Source: an uncultured virus (IMG/VR IMGVR_UViG_3300013110_000368)
Lineage: Duplodnaviria; Heunggongvirae; Uroviricota; Caudoviricetes; Kyanoviridae
DNA: 64,000 nucleotides
Virus record (IMG/VR): IMGVR_UViG_3300013110_000368
Direction: 5' to 3' (one strand)
Shown piece by piece: positions 29,353-37,294 of the stretch (the first letter of the stretch is position 1; every line of letters begins with the position of its first letter). The position numbers were made by a program, and so were the translations under genes. The notes beneath the pieces were generated by a model, which had not been told where the DNA came from, ran no database searches, and saw nothing but the letters and a program-made list of their open reading frames with translations.

Positions 29353-30249
29353 TTACCCCTGTAAAAGTTGCATCACAGTCTGTGATAATTGCTGTGCCTG
29401 TGCCATCATAGCAATTGCTGTTTGCTGTCGAATCTGAAAATCAGCAAGAGATGCCATCTCAGCTGCTTCATCAAAATCCAATATAGTGGCAAGACTTTCT
29501 TCATTCATTGTAATCATATTACCCAAATGACTGATAGTAAAGTTAAACCGTTCTATTTTGGAATTGACATCAGATGCTTCTGCTTGAACAGTTGCAATGG
29601 CTGCATCTATACGTGCCAGTGCATCATCGGCATCATTTGCACTGTCGATGGATGTGGCAGAAACCGATACTGTATCACCTTCAGAATAAGTACCACCCTG
29701 ACCATTATCTTGACCAATACGGCTATCTCCTGATTCCAATGTAACCGTATGTGCAGTCAATTTCAATCCATCAAGGGTGAGATCTGATAATTCAATATTG
29801 ATGGTTTCGGTTTCCCCCGTACCTTCGATAATAACATCTCTATCACCAAAAGTACCATCCAATAATTCAACCCCATCGTAAGACGTATTCTTTGCCACAT
29901 AATCTAATTCCTTTACTAATGCATTAAACTCATCAATCAACCCTGCTCTAGTATCAGCAGTCAAATCCTCATTTGAAGATTGAACTGCAATTTCTCGCAA
30001 TCGAGTTAGAACGTCATTGACAGAACTAACACCACTCTCTGCTGTTTCTAGCAAATCTTGACTTTGTTTGACAGTACTATTTGCCAATCGCAACATACTC
30101 AAGGTGGTGTTCATTCTCCCAACCCTTGCTTTATCACCAGAATTTAGATCTGGTCGTCCTTCTGCAATTCTACGCATTGAATTTTCAACTTCTCTAGTTG
30201 CCAGTGCATACTGCGTGTGTGCTTTTGCGGTTATTCCACTAAGATTCAT
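29353..30249 (-). CDS. fliC: Flagellin-like protein (phage-encoded)
   Basis: LLETAESGVSSVNDVLTRLREIAVQSSN...EFNALVKELD..AKNTSYDGVELLDG and C-terminal ALARIDAAI...I.D.D.AAEM..L...QI.QQ.AIAMMAQA.Q....V.QLLQ; SD AAGGGG before ATG 30249. Confidence 0.92.
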   Translation of the reverse strand: MNLSGITAKAHTQYALATREVENSMRRIAEGRPDLNSGDKARVGRMNTTLSMLRLANSTVKQSQDLLETAESGVSSVNDVLTRLREIAVQSSNEDLTADTRAGLIDEFNALVKELDYVAKNTSYDGVELLDGTFGDRDVIIEGTGETETINIELSDLTLDGLKLTAHTVTLESGDSRIGQDNGQGGTYSEGDTVSVSATSIDSANDADDALARIDAAIATVQAEASDVNSKIERFNFTISHLGNMITMNEESLATILDFDEAAEMASLADFQIRQQTAIAMMAQAQQLSQTVMQLLQG

Positions 30250-30272
30250 ACGAATTCCCCTTTTTTCCATTA

Positions 30273-30488
30273 CTATGCTATTACGTCTAAGTTAGAACCC
30301 CATTTTCTTGGAGCCATAACATCATTGTTTCGGTTGTCATTTGCACTAACCATGTGCTTTTCTCGTTCATGAGTTGCCAATTGGGTTTGGACGTTCACTC
30401 TGGCAAGTTCCTTTGCCGCCTGCACTTCTTGGAATACCTTATAATATTCCATTGATGACATCTTGCGAACTCCATACGTGTTTATCAT
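30273..30488 (-). CDS. Small hypothetical protein with a YjfB-like C-terminus (GSNLDVIA)
   Basis: ORF track; C-terminal G-x-N-x-D-x-x-A pattern. Confidence 0.5.
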   Translation of the reverse strand: MINTYGVRKMSSMEYYKVFQEVQAAKELARVNVQTQLATHEREKHMVSANDNRNNDVMAPRKWGSNLDVIA

Positions 30489-30497
30489 TACTGCCCC

Positions 30498-30671
30498 CTA
30501 CTTTAGTGCATCAAACAAAATTGCAGAAAACGTTGTTGGTGGAACACGTTGATGCCTACGTTTGTTCAAATCGTTTTCTAGTTTTATGGATTTCTCTATT
30601 TTCTCTACTCGTTGTACCTTTGATCTATCGGGAAACAACAACCGTTTCCAATTGACATTTGGTATCCACAT
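30498..30671 (-). CDS. Small hypothetical protein (57 aa)
   Basis: Manual translation: MWIPNVNWKRLLFPDRSKVQRVEKIEK...PPTTFSAILFDALK*; ATG overlaps the upstream TAA. Confidence 0.55.
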   Translation of the reverse strand: MWIPNVNWKRLLFPDRSKVQRVEKIEKSIKLENDLNKRRHQRVPPTTFSAILFDALK

Positions 30672-31327
30672 TATACAAACCTCTCTCCAAAATCTTGTTT
30701 ATAATCTAAAACGGGGCCGATCTCCGTATCTCTCCAATCACTATTAATAAATGCCGACCTTGCCCATTCACCCATACGTGAAAGTTTCTGTGCCTTGTGT
30801 TCAGTAATTACTACTTCCTCAAAGACAAACGGACGACCTTTCATCTTGGTCATAAATTCACCTGACTTCCCAAATATTGGATTGCCAACTGGAATGACGT
30901 TTTTAAAGCCAGGAAATTCAGCATCGTTCGTACCGATCAGTTTGCCATTCTTAGCACCCTTCTCTACGTACAAAACAGAATCTTGATACCAATCAATCCC
31001 TGCTTGTGTAACATCCTTTTGCAAGTTACCCGTATCATCTTGGTCAACCACAAAGAAAGTTACTTCCCCAACCTCTTTGGCATCATCTGTACCATAGTCC
31101 TCAATATACTTACCCTGCACCACTGTAATATTATATTTCTTGCTCAGTTGTGCTTTCAACTGAGAATTACGTTTCAAATTTTGTTTACGTGTAACCGTAA
31201 CTTTCTCTCCGTTTTCATCCTTGATAAACCCTCTGAACGCAGTTATCATTGCAGTATCATGTTCCATCATATGCTGACGCATTCTGGATAAACTACTTTC
31301 ATTGACAACTTGCCTATAGTCTTTCAT
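30671..31327 (-). CDS. Conserved phage hypothetical protein, probable internal head protein
   Basis: MKDYRQVVNE-SSLSR...ITAFRG...N..RN..L...G.Y.E...QDSVL. Confidence 0.65.
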   Translation of the reverse strand: MKDYRQVVNESSLSRMRQHMMEHDTAMITAFRGFIKDENGEKVTVTRKQNLKRNSQLKAQLSKKYNITVVQGKYIEDYGTDDAKEVGEVTFFVVDQDDTGNLQKDVTQAGIDWYQDSVLYVEKGAKNGKLIGTNDAEFPGFKNVIPVGNPIFGKSGEFMTKMKGRPFVFEEVVITEHKAQKLSRMGEWARSAFINSDWRDTEIGPVLDYKQDFGERFV

Positions 31328-31337
31328 CTATAACCCC

Positions 31338-31499
31338 TTATATTGGTGTGTTTAACCAATTTACTATCTTACCCCAAAAGGTAAGTTTTTTGATTTTTTT
31401 CTTTGCTGATTTCTTCTTGTATCGTACACCTGTATGAACTCCAAACTCTGCATTATCCAATTTTCTTTTTAATCCACGTTTGAATTTTGTTGATTTCAT
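31338..31499 (-). CDS. Small basic hypothetical protein
   Basis: MKSTKFKRGLKRK...FWGKIVNWLNTPI. Confidence 0.4.
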   Translation of the reverse strand: MKSTKFKRGLKRKLDNAEFGVHTGVRYKKKSAKKKIKKLTFWGKIVNWLNTPI

Positions 31500-31767
31500 T
31501 TTTATTGTAATCCTTATAGATAGACCAAACAACCATACACAAAAAAGTCATTATAAACCCTAATGTGTAGTTGAGAATCAACCATATTGCATTGACTTCT
31601 CTAATTAAAACGTATCCTAAACCACACCAATACCCTAAAGCATTGATAATTAACATCACCAAACTCACATCTTTTGAACTCTTACGTCTAACCATCTTTA
31701 CTATCTGTGGTATATATGCACCACTAAAAGAAATGGTCAATATTGCCCCGAAAATGCTATCTATCAT
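31453..31767 (-). CDS. PQ-loop / SemiSWEET-like membrane protein
   Basis: AYIPQIVKMVRRKSSKDVS motif and three TM helices. Confidence 0.8.
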   Translation of the reverse strand: MIDSIFGAILTISFSGAYIPQIVKMVRRKSSKDVSLVMLIINALGYWCGLGYVLIREVNAIWLILNYTLGFIMTFLCMVVWSIYKDYNKNEINKIQTWIKKKIG

Positions 31768-31969
31768 GCTTATTGAAATCCCTTATCATAACAAAAAACC
31801 AAAATAATCCATTACAAATCCAAACAGTTACCACAAGATTAACAAAAAACATTTCCATAAATTCCCATTTCTTTTATTTTAAGTCGTGCCACACGATTGT
31901 ATCAAGTCGGTAGTGTGGCATACCTTTATCATATCGCTTGGGTTGCTATAACTCTTGGGATATGACAGA

Positions 31970-32141
31970 AAATGGGCAGTTTCTGTTGACAAGTACTGCC
32001 CAAACTCCGGCCTACCTATTAGGCAGCCATGGGTAATTGATTGTAGTTTCCAATTACTATTTTGCAACTTCTGAGTTGTTGCCACTCCATGCAATCTACT
32101 CTCCACCATCGTCGTACCTGTCGATTTCCAATTGCGCCCCC
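31970..32141 (-). ncRNA. ssrA: tmRNA coding piece of a permuted two-piece tmRNA; tag (A)GNYNQLPMAA at 32051-32019
   Basis: 5' GGGGGCGCAATTGGAAATCGAC; tag frame GGA AAC TAC AAT CAA TTA CCC ATG GCT GCC TAA TAG; terminal hairpin GGGCAGT...ACTGCCC. Confidence 0.88.
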
Positions 32142-32145
32142 GTAA

Positions 32146-32217
32146 TGGAGTAGATCGGATTTGAACCGATGACCCCTTGCTTGCAAAGCAAGTATTCTCC
32201 CACTGAACTACTACCCC
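32146..32217 (-). tRNA. tRNA-Ala(UGC), CCA not encoded
   Basis: Cloverleaf: acceptor GGGGTAG/CTACTCC-A with G3:U70, anticodon arm CTTGC-TTTGCAA-GCAAG, T-arm ATCGG-TTCAAAT-CCGAT. Confidence 0.93.
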
Positions 32218-32224
32218 AAATGAA

Positions 32225-32290
32225 TGGTGGAGGCGAGGGGAATCGAACCCCTGTCCAGTATACCGACAATTTCGTATCAACAATTGCAAG
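32225..32290 (-). ncRNA. ssrA: tmRNA acceptor piece (T-arm and CCA) of the permuted tmRNA
   Basis: ...GGAC AGGGG TTCGATT CCCCT CGCCTCC ACCA; CGCCTCC pairs with GGGGGCG at 32141 (G3:U70), ATTGTCG with CGACGAT, and TGCAAT with ATTGCA. Confidence 0.88.
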
Positions 32291-32296
32291 TCCTTG

Positions 32297-32623
32297 TTAT
32301 GGTTTGTAAAAAGTTTTCAAATCTGTTTTTATTTTACCACCAATATTATCTTGATACTCATCTTCTAGGTTCACCATTCTCGATTCTACATCGGAACAAT
32401 GTTCTTTGATCCTCTTATTGACCACATCCTGTTCAACTAACAGTTGACCTTTACTATCATTATCCACTTTGATGTCTATCTGTTCTGCACCCAAAAGGTC
32501 AATCAAATCCCGATATGTTTTCGATACATAATCAGGTAGTTGCTCTTGATCTAAACCTTTGACTTCAATACTATATTCCCTTTTGGGATTCATCGACATA
32601 ACTTTAATTGAAACGTCTGGCAT
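32297..32623 (-). CDS. Hypothetical protein
   Basis: ORF track, operon packing. Confidence 0.55.
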   Translation of the reverse strand: MPDVSIKVMSMNPKREYSIEVKGLDQEQLPDYVSKTYRDLIDLLGAEQIDIKVDNDSKGQLLVEQDVVNKRIKEHCSDVESRMVNLEDEYQDNIGGKIKTDLKTFYKP

Positions 32624-32624
32624 A

Positions 32625-32882
32625 CTAAACTCCGTTTACTAAATCCTTTATTACATCAGCCACTACATCGGGTTCTATGTAATGATACTCACATAGAAAA
32701 TGTCCGAATACATGTGGTATGTCTGCATCTTCTGTGAGTCTGACTACACTAGATGAAGTATATTCAAATTCATCCGTACTTTGTTCTATATCAGGATAGA
32801 TCAGTTCAAACCTATCACACAACCTATAGAATTCACCTATTTTATTACTCAACTTACCCTCACATGGATAATTGGATTCCAT
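32625..32882 (-). CDS. Hypothetical protein
   Basis: ORF track, operon packing. Confidence 0.55.
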   Translation of the reverse strand: MESNYPCEGKLSNKIGEFYRLCDRFELIYPDIEQSTDEFEYTSSSVVRLTEDADIPHVFGHFLCEYHYIEPDVVADVIKDLVNGV

Positions 32883-33454
32883 TACAAATTCTCCAAATTG
32901 CTTTCGAGGTGTGCTTGTGTTTCACTACCAGAAAATCCAACTCTAACCGATGGTGAACTCTCTTTAGTAAATTGTGGAAACCATTCTTCTAATTGCTCCA
33001 ATCGTTTCATTTTCATATCATACTCATAATCTGATATTTCCACATTATCAGGATCGGTATAATAGAGTTTTTCATGGTATTCCAATTCCTTTCGCAATTC
33101 AGCAACCTCTTTCTTTGCCTTTGCTAACGTTGGAACATCATATGCATCAACACTTTCTGTGTATACAGGTGCAACAAAATTCGGATCAAAAACTCTAGGT
33201 GGTGTTTCTGAAATCCTTTCCACCAACTGATCGAAATAATCTTCACCTTTGATTTGGATGACTGTACTTGCCGCTAATAAATTCTTAGTAATCTGATCCC
33301 GACCACCAAAATCGTATGCTTGCTGAACCATTGATTCAGCATAACTTAGTTGACTTGGATCGGGTACGTAATTCTCGACAACCATGATCTGGACATCCTT
33401 GCCTGTAACCACACTCTTTTCTGTTCTGTAAGAAACTTTCGTTTTGTTATTCAT
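32882..33454 (-). CDS. Protein with a stand-alone NAD-dependent DNA ligase domain Ia
   Basis: LRKELEYHEKLYY...ISDYEYD...L..LE..FPQF...SSPSVRVG, then a stop; no KxDG adenylation domain. Confidence 0.75.
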   Translation of the reverse strand: MNNKTKVSYRTEKSVVTGKDVQIMVVENYVPDPSQLSYAESMVQQAYDFGGRDQITKNLLAASTVIQIKGEDYFDQLVERISETPPRVFDPNFVAPVYTESVDAYDVPTLAKAKKEVAELRKELEYHEKLYYTDPDNVEISDYEYDMKMKRLEQLEEWFPQFTKESSPSVRVGFSGSETQAHLESNLENL

Positions 33455-33460
33455 ACCTAT

Positions 33461-33489
33461 ATTATACCATTTTTTTCTGCATTTGTCAA
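33461..33489 (-). promoter_or_regulatory. Early sigma70 promoter cassette (TTGACA-17-TATAAT)
   Basis: TTTTAGCTTGACA...ATGGTATAAT on the minus strand. Confidence 0.85.
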
Positions 33490-33507
33490 GCTAAAAATGC
33501 ATTTATA

Positions 33508-33954
33508 TTAATTTTTTTCTTCAAGGCCAATATGTCTTTGTCTTAACAACGACTGCTTTGATCCTTCCCAATGTGGTTTGATATTTTCGGCCATAAACAA
33601 TTCCCCATTGAGGAATTCCTCTGGCATCATTACTTCAAATGTGTGGTGTGGTTTGTGATAAGGTTTATCTTTATTTTCGGCAGTTGGGTGAACTTCAACA
33701 ATCCAAGATGTGTATTCATCTTGACCCGTATAGTTAAAATTTCTCATATATGTATACCATGAATTTTTTGAACCAAAATTTGTGGCATTTCGAGTGAGAT
33801 GCCGATACTCAAATAAAGGATCATAGTTATGTGCAATCTGCATCAATTCTTTTTTTAGAATTGGGTTGTCACGTTCCCAACGTTCCCTATACGTAAGACC
33901 ATCATAATTGTTATAAGTGTAATTCCAAAAATCCTTTTCATTACTATCTGGCAT
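33508..33954 (-). CDS. Hypothetical protein
   Basis: ORF track. Confidence 0.55.
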   Translation of the reverse strand: MPDSNEKDFWNYTYNNYDGLTYRERWERDNPILKKELMQIAHNYDPLFEYRHLTRNATNFGSKNSWYTYMRNFNYTGQDEYTSWIVEVHPTAENKDKPYHKPHHTFEVMMPEEFLNGELFMAENIKPHWEGSKQSLLRQRHIGLEEKN

Positions 33955-34960
33955 TATTATATCTCACTTGTTGTAAAAATAAATCCTTGAAATGCTTCTG
34001 TGCCGATTCATCCATACCACTGGTATCAGTATTATTTACTACAATGGTTTTATACCTTCTATTGTACCCTGCTTCCATATAAAAATCATGAGTTCCATTA
34101 TAATATGCTATGTCATCCTCATCCATGAATGCCAACACATCATCGTCTGGATCATCTGGATCACCACCAGCATCTATAATCCATTGCCTAAAATCAAATT
34201 TCACAACATGAACTTCTACAATTTCGGTATCCACTAAATCAATTTCGTTCCAATCACTGTCATACGAACCACTTAACAACTCGATTACTTCACTGATGTG
34301 TGGTTTCCATACCATAGTTTCAACCAATTCCATGTATCTCCTGATTGCATACCCCTGTATTTGCCTACGACTAGCAGTTCTCTCCAATAATCCAGCATCC
34401 CTAAGTTCATCATCTTCTATCTTTTCTTTACGTCTATCAGGCAATTTCATGTTTAGATAATCCCAAAACTGGGCTCGAAAGTTGAACTTTTTCCGAATTT
34501 CGATCATGATCTTTGATCTAACCGCATGTAACTTACCTAGTAAAGTTTTCTCTATGCTAGAATCTTTAGATACTTCGGCAATCTGGTCGATGTCGATCCA
34601 TCTCCGACCTTGATTATCTACCCTTGTGTGTAAATCATAATTAGATTCAAATACTGGATACCCTTCCAGCACCACTGCAATACCACCACCAGCAGATACA
34701 CCCATCTTGACAACTGATGCAAACCGAGTTTTATTCATAGTGGCAATTTGCTTACGTGTACCAAGCAAAGGTAGTAAATCTTCAAACCCCTCAAAATCGG
34801 TAACATGAATAGACCGAACCCGTTTCTTTTCTGATGTCAAACGTGCAAACATCATTTTGCTGATAGGCAATGACACCCTGCCATCCAGATTACTGAAGAC
34901 CAAATCCTTGACTGATTTGAGTCCATATATTTCGTTTAGGTGTTGTTTAAATGTTCGCAT
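33944..34960 (-). CDS. QGRRW-family paralog 1 (putative internal head protein)
   Basis: MRTFKQHLNE; IHVTD...QIATM...GGG...DNQGRRWI...WNE. Confidence 0.7.
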   Translation of the reverse strand: MRTFKQHLNEIYGLKSVKDLVFSNLDGRVSLPISKMMFARLTSEKKRVRSIHVTDFEGFEDLLPLLGTRKQIATMNKTRFASVVKMGVSAGGGIAVVLEGYPVFESNYDLHTRVDNQGRRWIDIDQIAEVSKDSSIEKTLLGKLHAVRSKIMIEIRKKFNFRAQFWDYLNMKLPDRRKEKIEDDELRDAGLLERTASRRQIQGYAIRRYMELVETMVWKPHISEVIELLSGSYDSDWNEIDLVDTEIVEVHVVKFDFRQWIIDAGGDPDDPDDDVLAFMDEDDIAYYNGTHDFYMEAGYNRRYKTIVVNNTDTSGMDESAQKHFKDLFLQQVRYNNAR

Positions 34961-35325
34961 AGTTGGTATCCTCTTTCAGATTCATCCCATCCTATGGGAT
35001 CTAGTTGATATTGTGAATCCTTTTGTCTAATTCTTTTTGCCCTCTTTTTATTACGATCTTCTTCGTCCATCTCTGCATGAATTTCATCCTGTTCAGTTGT
35101 CAAATCATTAACAACAGCAGTAACTCTACCGATTTTCATCAGAACGACAAATGCTGATGCAGCTGATGCTCCACCGACACCCATAAGTAAATCTGCTCCC
35201 ACACCTTCAAATTCAGATAGAATAGGCAAAATACAAGACAAAAGACTTCCAGCACCAGCATAATTGTGCCAATCTGCCTTATGAGTTTCCTCTATCCTTG
35301 ATGTCATGTGTCCAGCATCAGACAT
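34936..35325 (-). CDS. Hypothetical membrane protein
   Basis: Two Gly/Ala-rich hydrophobic segments. Confidence 0.55.
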   Translation of the reverse strand: MSDAGHMTSRIEETHKADWHNYAGAGSLLSCILPILSEFEGVGADLLMGVGGASAASAFVVLMKIGRVTAVVNDLTTEQDEIHAEMDEEDRNKKRAKRIRQKDSQYQLDPIGWDESERGYQLCEHLNNT

Positions 35326-35575
35326 TGTTCAGTTCACCTATTTCTGCGATAAAGAACTTTACTATGAGGTACAATATAATTCCAACACCCGTACCACCAC
35401 CAATAAATTCGGCAACACTGTCACCGAAAAAATCTATTGCATCCAGACCGACACTACCCAAAACACCAGTTACACCTATACCAGATATTGCCTGTATCTG
35501 TGCTTTATCCTTTTGGTGCTTTGGATCTGCTTTAACTTTCCTAACAATTTCTTGATGCTCTTTATCAACACTCAC
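35318..35575 (-). CDS. Hypothetical membrane protein
   Basis: Gly-rich hydrophobic segments. Confidence 0.55.
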   Translation of the reverse strand: MSVDKEHQEIVRKVKADPKHQKDKAQIQAISGIGVTGVLGSVGLDAIDFFGDSVAEFIGGGTGVGIILYLIVKFFIAEIGELNNV

Positions 35576-35578
35576 ACC

Positions 35579-35968
35579 CTATCCTCTGGTTAGTCTAAGA
35601 ATCCTCTCTATCTGAGATTCTATGATCTCCTTCCGTTTAGGCCAATATATGTAAGGTTCATCCGACGACTTTGCCAGATTTTGCAGTAAAGGTATAATCA
35701 TCTTTTCTAATCTTTCAAACTTACCTTGATTCTCGGATTCCAGTTCGATGGATTTTTCTTGTAAACGATCTTCGTATTTCTGATTGGCAATTGCCAATAC
35801 CTGTTCCAACTTTGTATCTAACCCGTTTAGTTGCTGTTGAAGGTTATCTGAACCTTCAACAACTTTGTTTATGGCTTCTGATTGTTGCTTACCCTTATCG
35901 ACCTCATCGGCACTGACTGCCGTGAACCCCCAATCAAAACCTTCGTCGAGATCTAAATCAAATTCCAT
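35579..35968 (-). CDS. Conserved T4-like phage hypothetical protein
   Basis: FDWGFTAV...IIPLLQNL...YIYWPKR. Confidence 0.65.
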   Translation of the reverse strand: MEFDLDLDEGFDWGFTAVSADEVDKGKQQSEAINKVVEGSDNLQQQLNGLDTKLEQVLAIANQKYEDRLQEKSIELESENQGKFERLEKMIIPLLQNLAKSSDEPYIYWPKRKEIIESQIERILRLTRG

Positions 35969-36641
35969 CTGCGTACTCCCTGTTATAGTAATCTATAGAT
36001 TCTATTAAACCCTTTGTCCATGTATCCCTATGCTCAACAAAAATCTGTGGATTATCGTTATCTACCATAATCAGTACTACCAACTGGACAATTGGCATAC
36101 CCGTTCGTTCTTCCCACATAATAGAGTATGCTGATGCTTGTTTGAAATAATCATGTATCCATTCCCGTTTTTTCGTCTTACCCGATGTCTTGAAATCTAT
36201 AACCGATAACTTATCATCAAATTCGGCCACGCAATCAACCCGACCAGCAACCCCTAAATGGTCTGAATACAATGCCACCTCTTGTGCATAAATGTTATCC
36301 AACCTATCGTCTAAGGTTGGTTGTATCATACTAAACATATCCAAACCCAAAGGGTTATCATCGTATTGCCCATTCAGATTATTGTTCAAATAATCCTCAA
36401 CTATATTATGAACCCTTGTACCACGTCTTGCTGATTGTGTAGAAATCTTATTTGCTTCGTCACTGCCAACTCGTTTTCTCCACTGCGCCAAACCCTTCAG
36501 TTTATCTGGATTCTTGCCCAATACCGTTGTTACCGATGGGTAAAACTTCCCATCTTCAACGATGTAATGCCTAGAACCATTGATGGTCTTAGTTTCTAAC
36601 TCACTAAGACCATCAATAGTAACATGCCTAAAGATTTTCAT
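35958..36641 (-). CDS. PD-(D/E)xK exonuclease
   Basis: YPSVTTVL, WRKRVG..EA, RGTRVH, AGRVDCVAE...IDFKTS and YFKQASAY. Confidence 0.9.
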   Translation of the reverse strand: MKIFRHVTIDGLSELETKTINGSRHYIVEDGKFYPSVTTVLGKNPDKLKGLAQWRKRVGSDEANKISTQSARRGTRVHNIVEDYLNNNLNGQYDDNPLGLDMFSMIQPTLDDRLDNIYAQEVALYSDHLGVAGRVDCVAEFDDKLSVIDFKTSGKTKKREWIHDYFKQASAYSIMWEERTGMPIVQLVVLIMVDNDNPQIFVEHRDTWTKGLIESIDYYNREYADGI

Positions 36642-37294
36642 TAATGTAGGTTAAAACAGCGACGAATCCACCCACGAATAAATTTTGCTTGATTGTTTCG
36701 TTTGCCGTAAAACGACCCCTTGAAAACTAGGTTCCAATAGAACCCCGATCTCTCGACTTGCACTTCCCAAAGTTTCAGATCACTGCAAGCACCAATTGTA
36801 TTAGGGCCAATACCACCATCAACTTCCAGATTTCCACCTTTGGAATTTACACAAGTCTGTAAAATCTTGACTGCATTTCGTTGACCATGATTGACACACA
36901 TGTCAAAGTATACTTCACGAACTTCTGCTGGTAGTTTTTCTGCCTGTGATGGAATCCAAAATTCCTCTTTGTATAGTTCGATTGCCTGTTCCCTAGTAAA
37001 TCCTTTTACATCCTCACTAGTAAACTCATCTTCAAGAAAATCTTCCCATACTGCCTGTGTCACGCCCCAATTAGTTGCACCGCCCTTATCGTCAGGATCA
37101 TCTACGAACCCACCTTCATGTGCCAGTACAACCTCTATAATTTCTTCAAATGTTGTTCTAACTGCATTATCTGCCATAACTTCTATCTCCTTTTCTGGAA
37201 CATCTAAATTATCGGGAATCTTCTTCTCGGATTTCAATGCTGATTCCAGTTCCTTTACTACTCGTTTTACCACCTTCGACATCTTATCATCCAT
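36641..37294 (-). CDS. Endolysin, glycoside hydrolase family 108 with a peptidoglycan-binding domain
   Basis: HEGGFVDDPDDKGGATNWGVT, FDMCVNHG, VDGGIGPNT and FIRGWIRR; the start could be as far upstream as 37351. Confidence 0.92.
   Translation of the reverse strand: MDDKMSKVVKRVVKELESALKSEKKIPDNLDVPEKEIEVMADNAVRTTFEEIIEVVLAHEGGFVDDPDDKGGATNWGVTQAVWEDFLEDEFTSEDVKGFTREQAIELYKEEFWIPSQAEKLPAEVREVYFDMCVNHGQRNAVKILQTCVNSKGGNLEVDGGIGPNTIGACSDLKLWEVQVERSGFYWNLVFKGSFYGKRNNQAKFIRGWIRRCFNLH

Noticed and set aside
32225..32260. tmRNA 3' fragment as a prophage attachment-site duplication
   Set aside because: It pairs with the 5' piece 84 nt downstream as a permuted gene; there is no integrase or second copy in the window
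31879..32289. 136-aa minus-strand ORF and 61-aa plus-strand ORF (32224..32409)
   Set aside because: They overlap the tmRNA and tRNA-Ala; this is spurious translation of structural RNA
32882..33454. Functional NAD-dependent DNA ligase (ligA)
   Set aside because: Only domain Ia is present; no KxDG adenylation, OB or BRCT domains appear in adjacent ORFs
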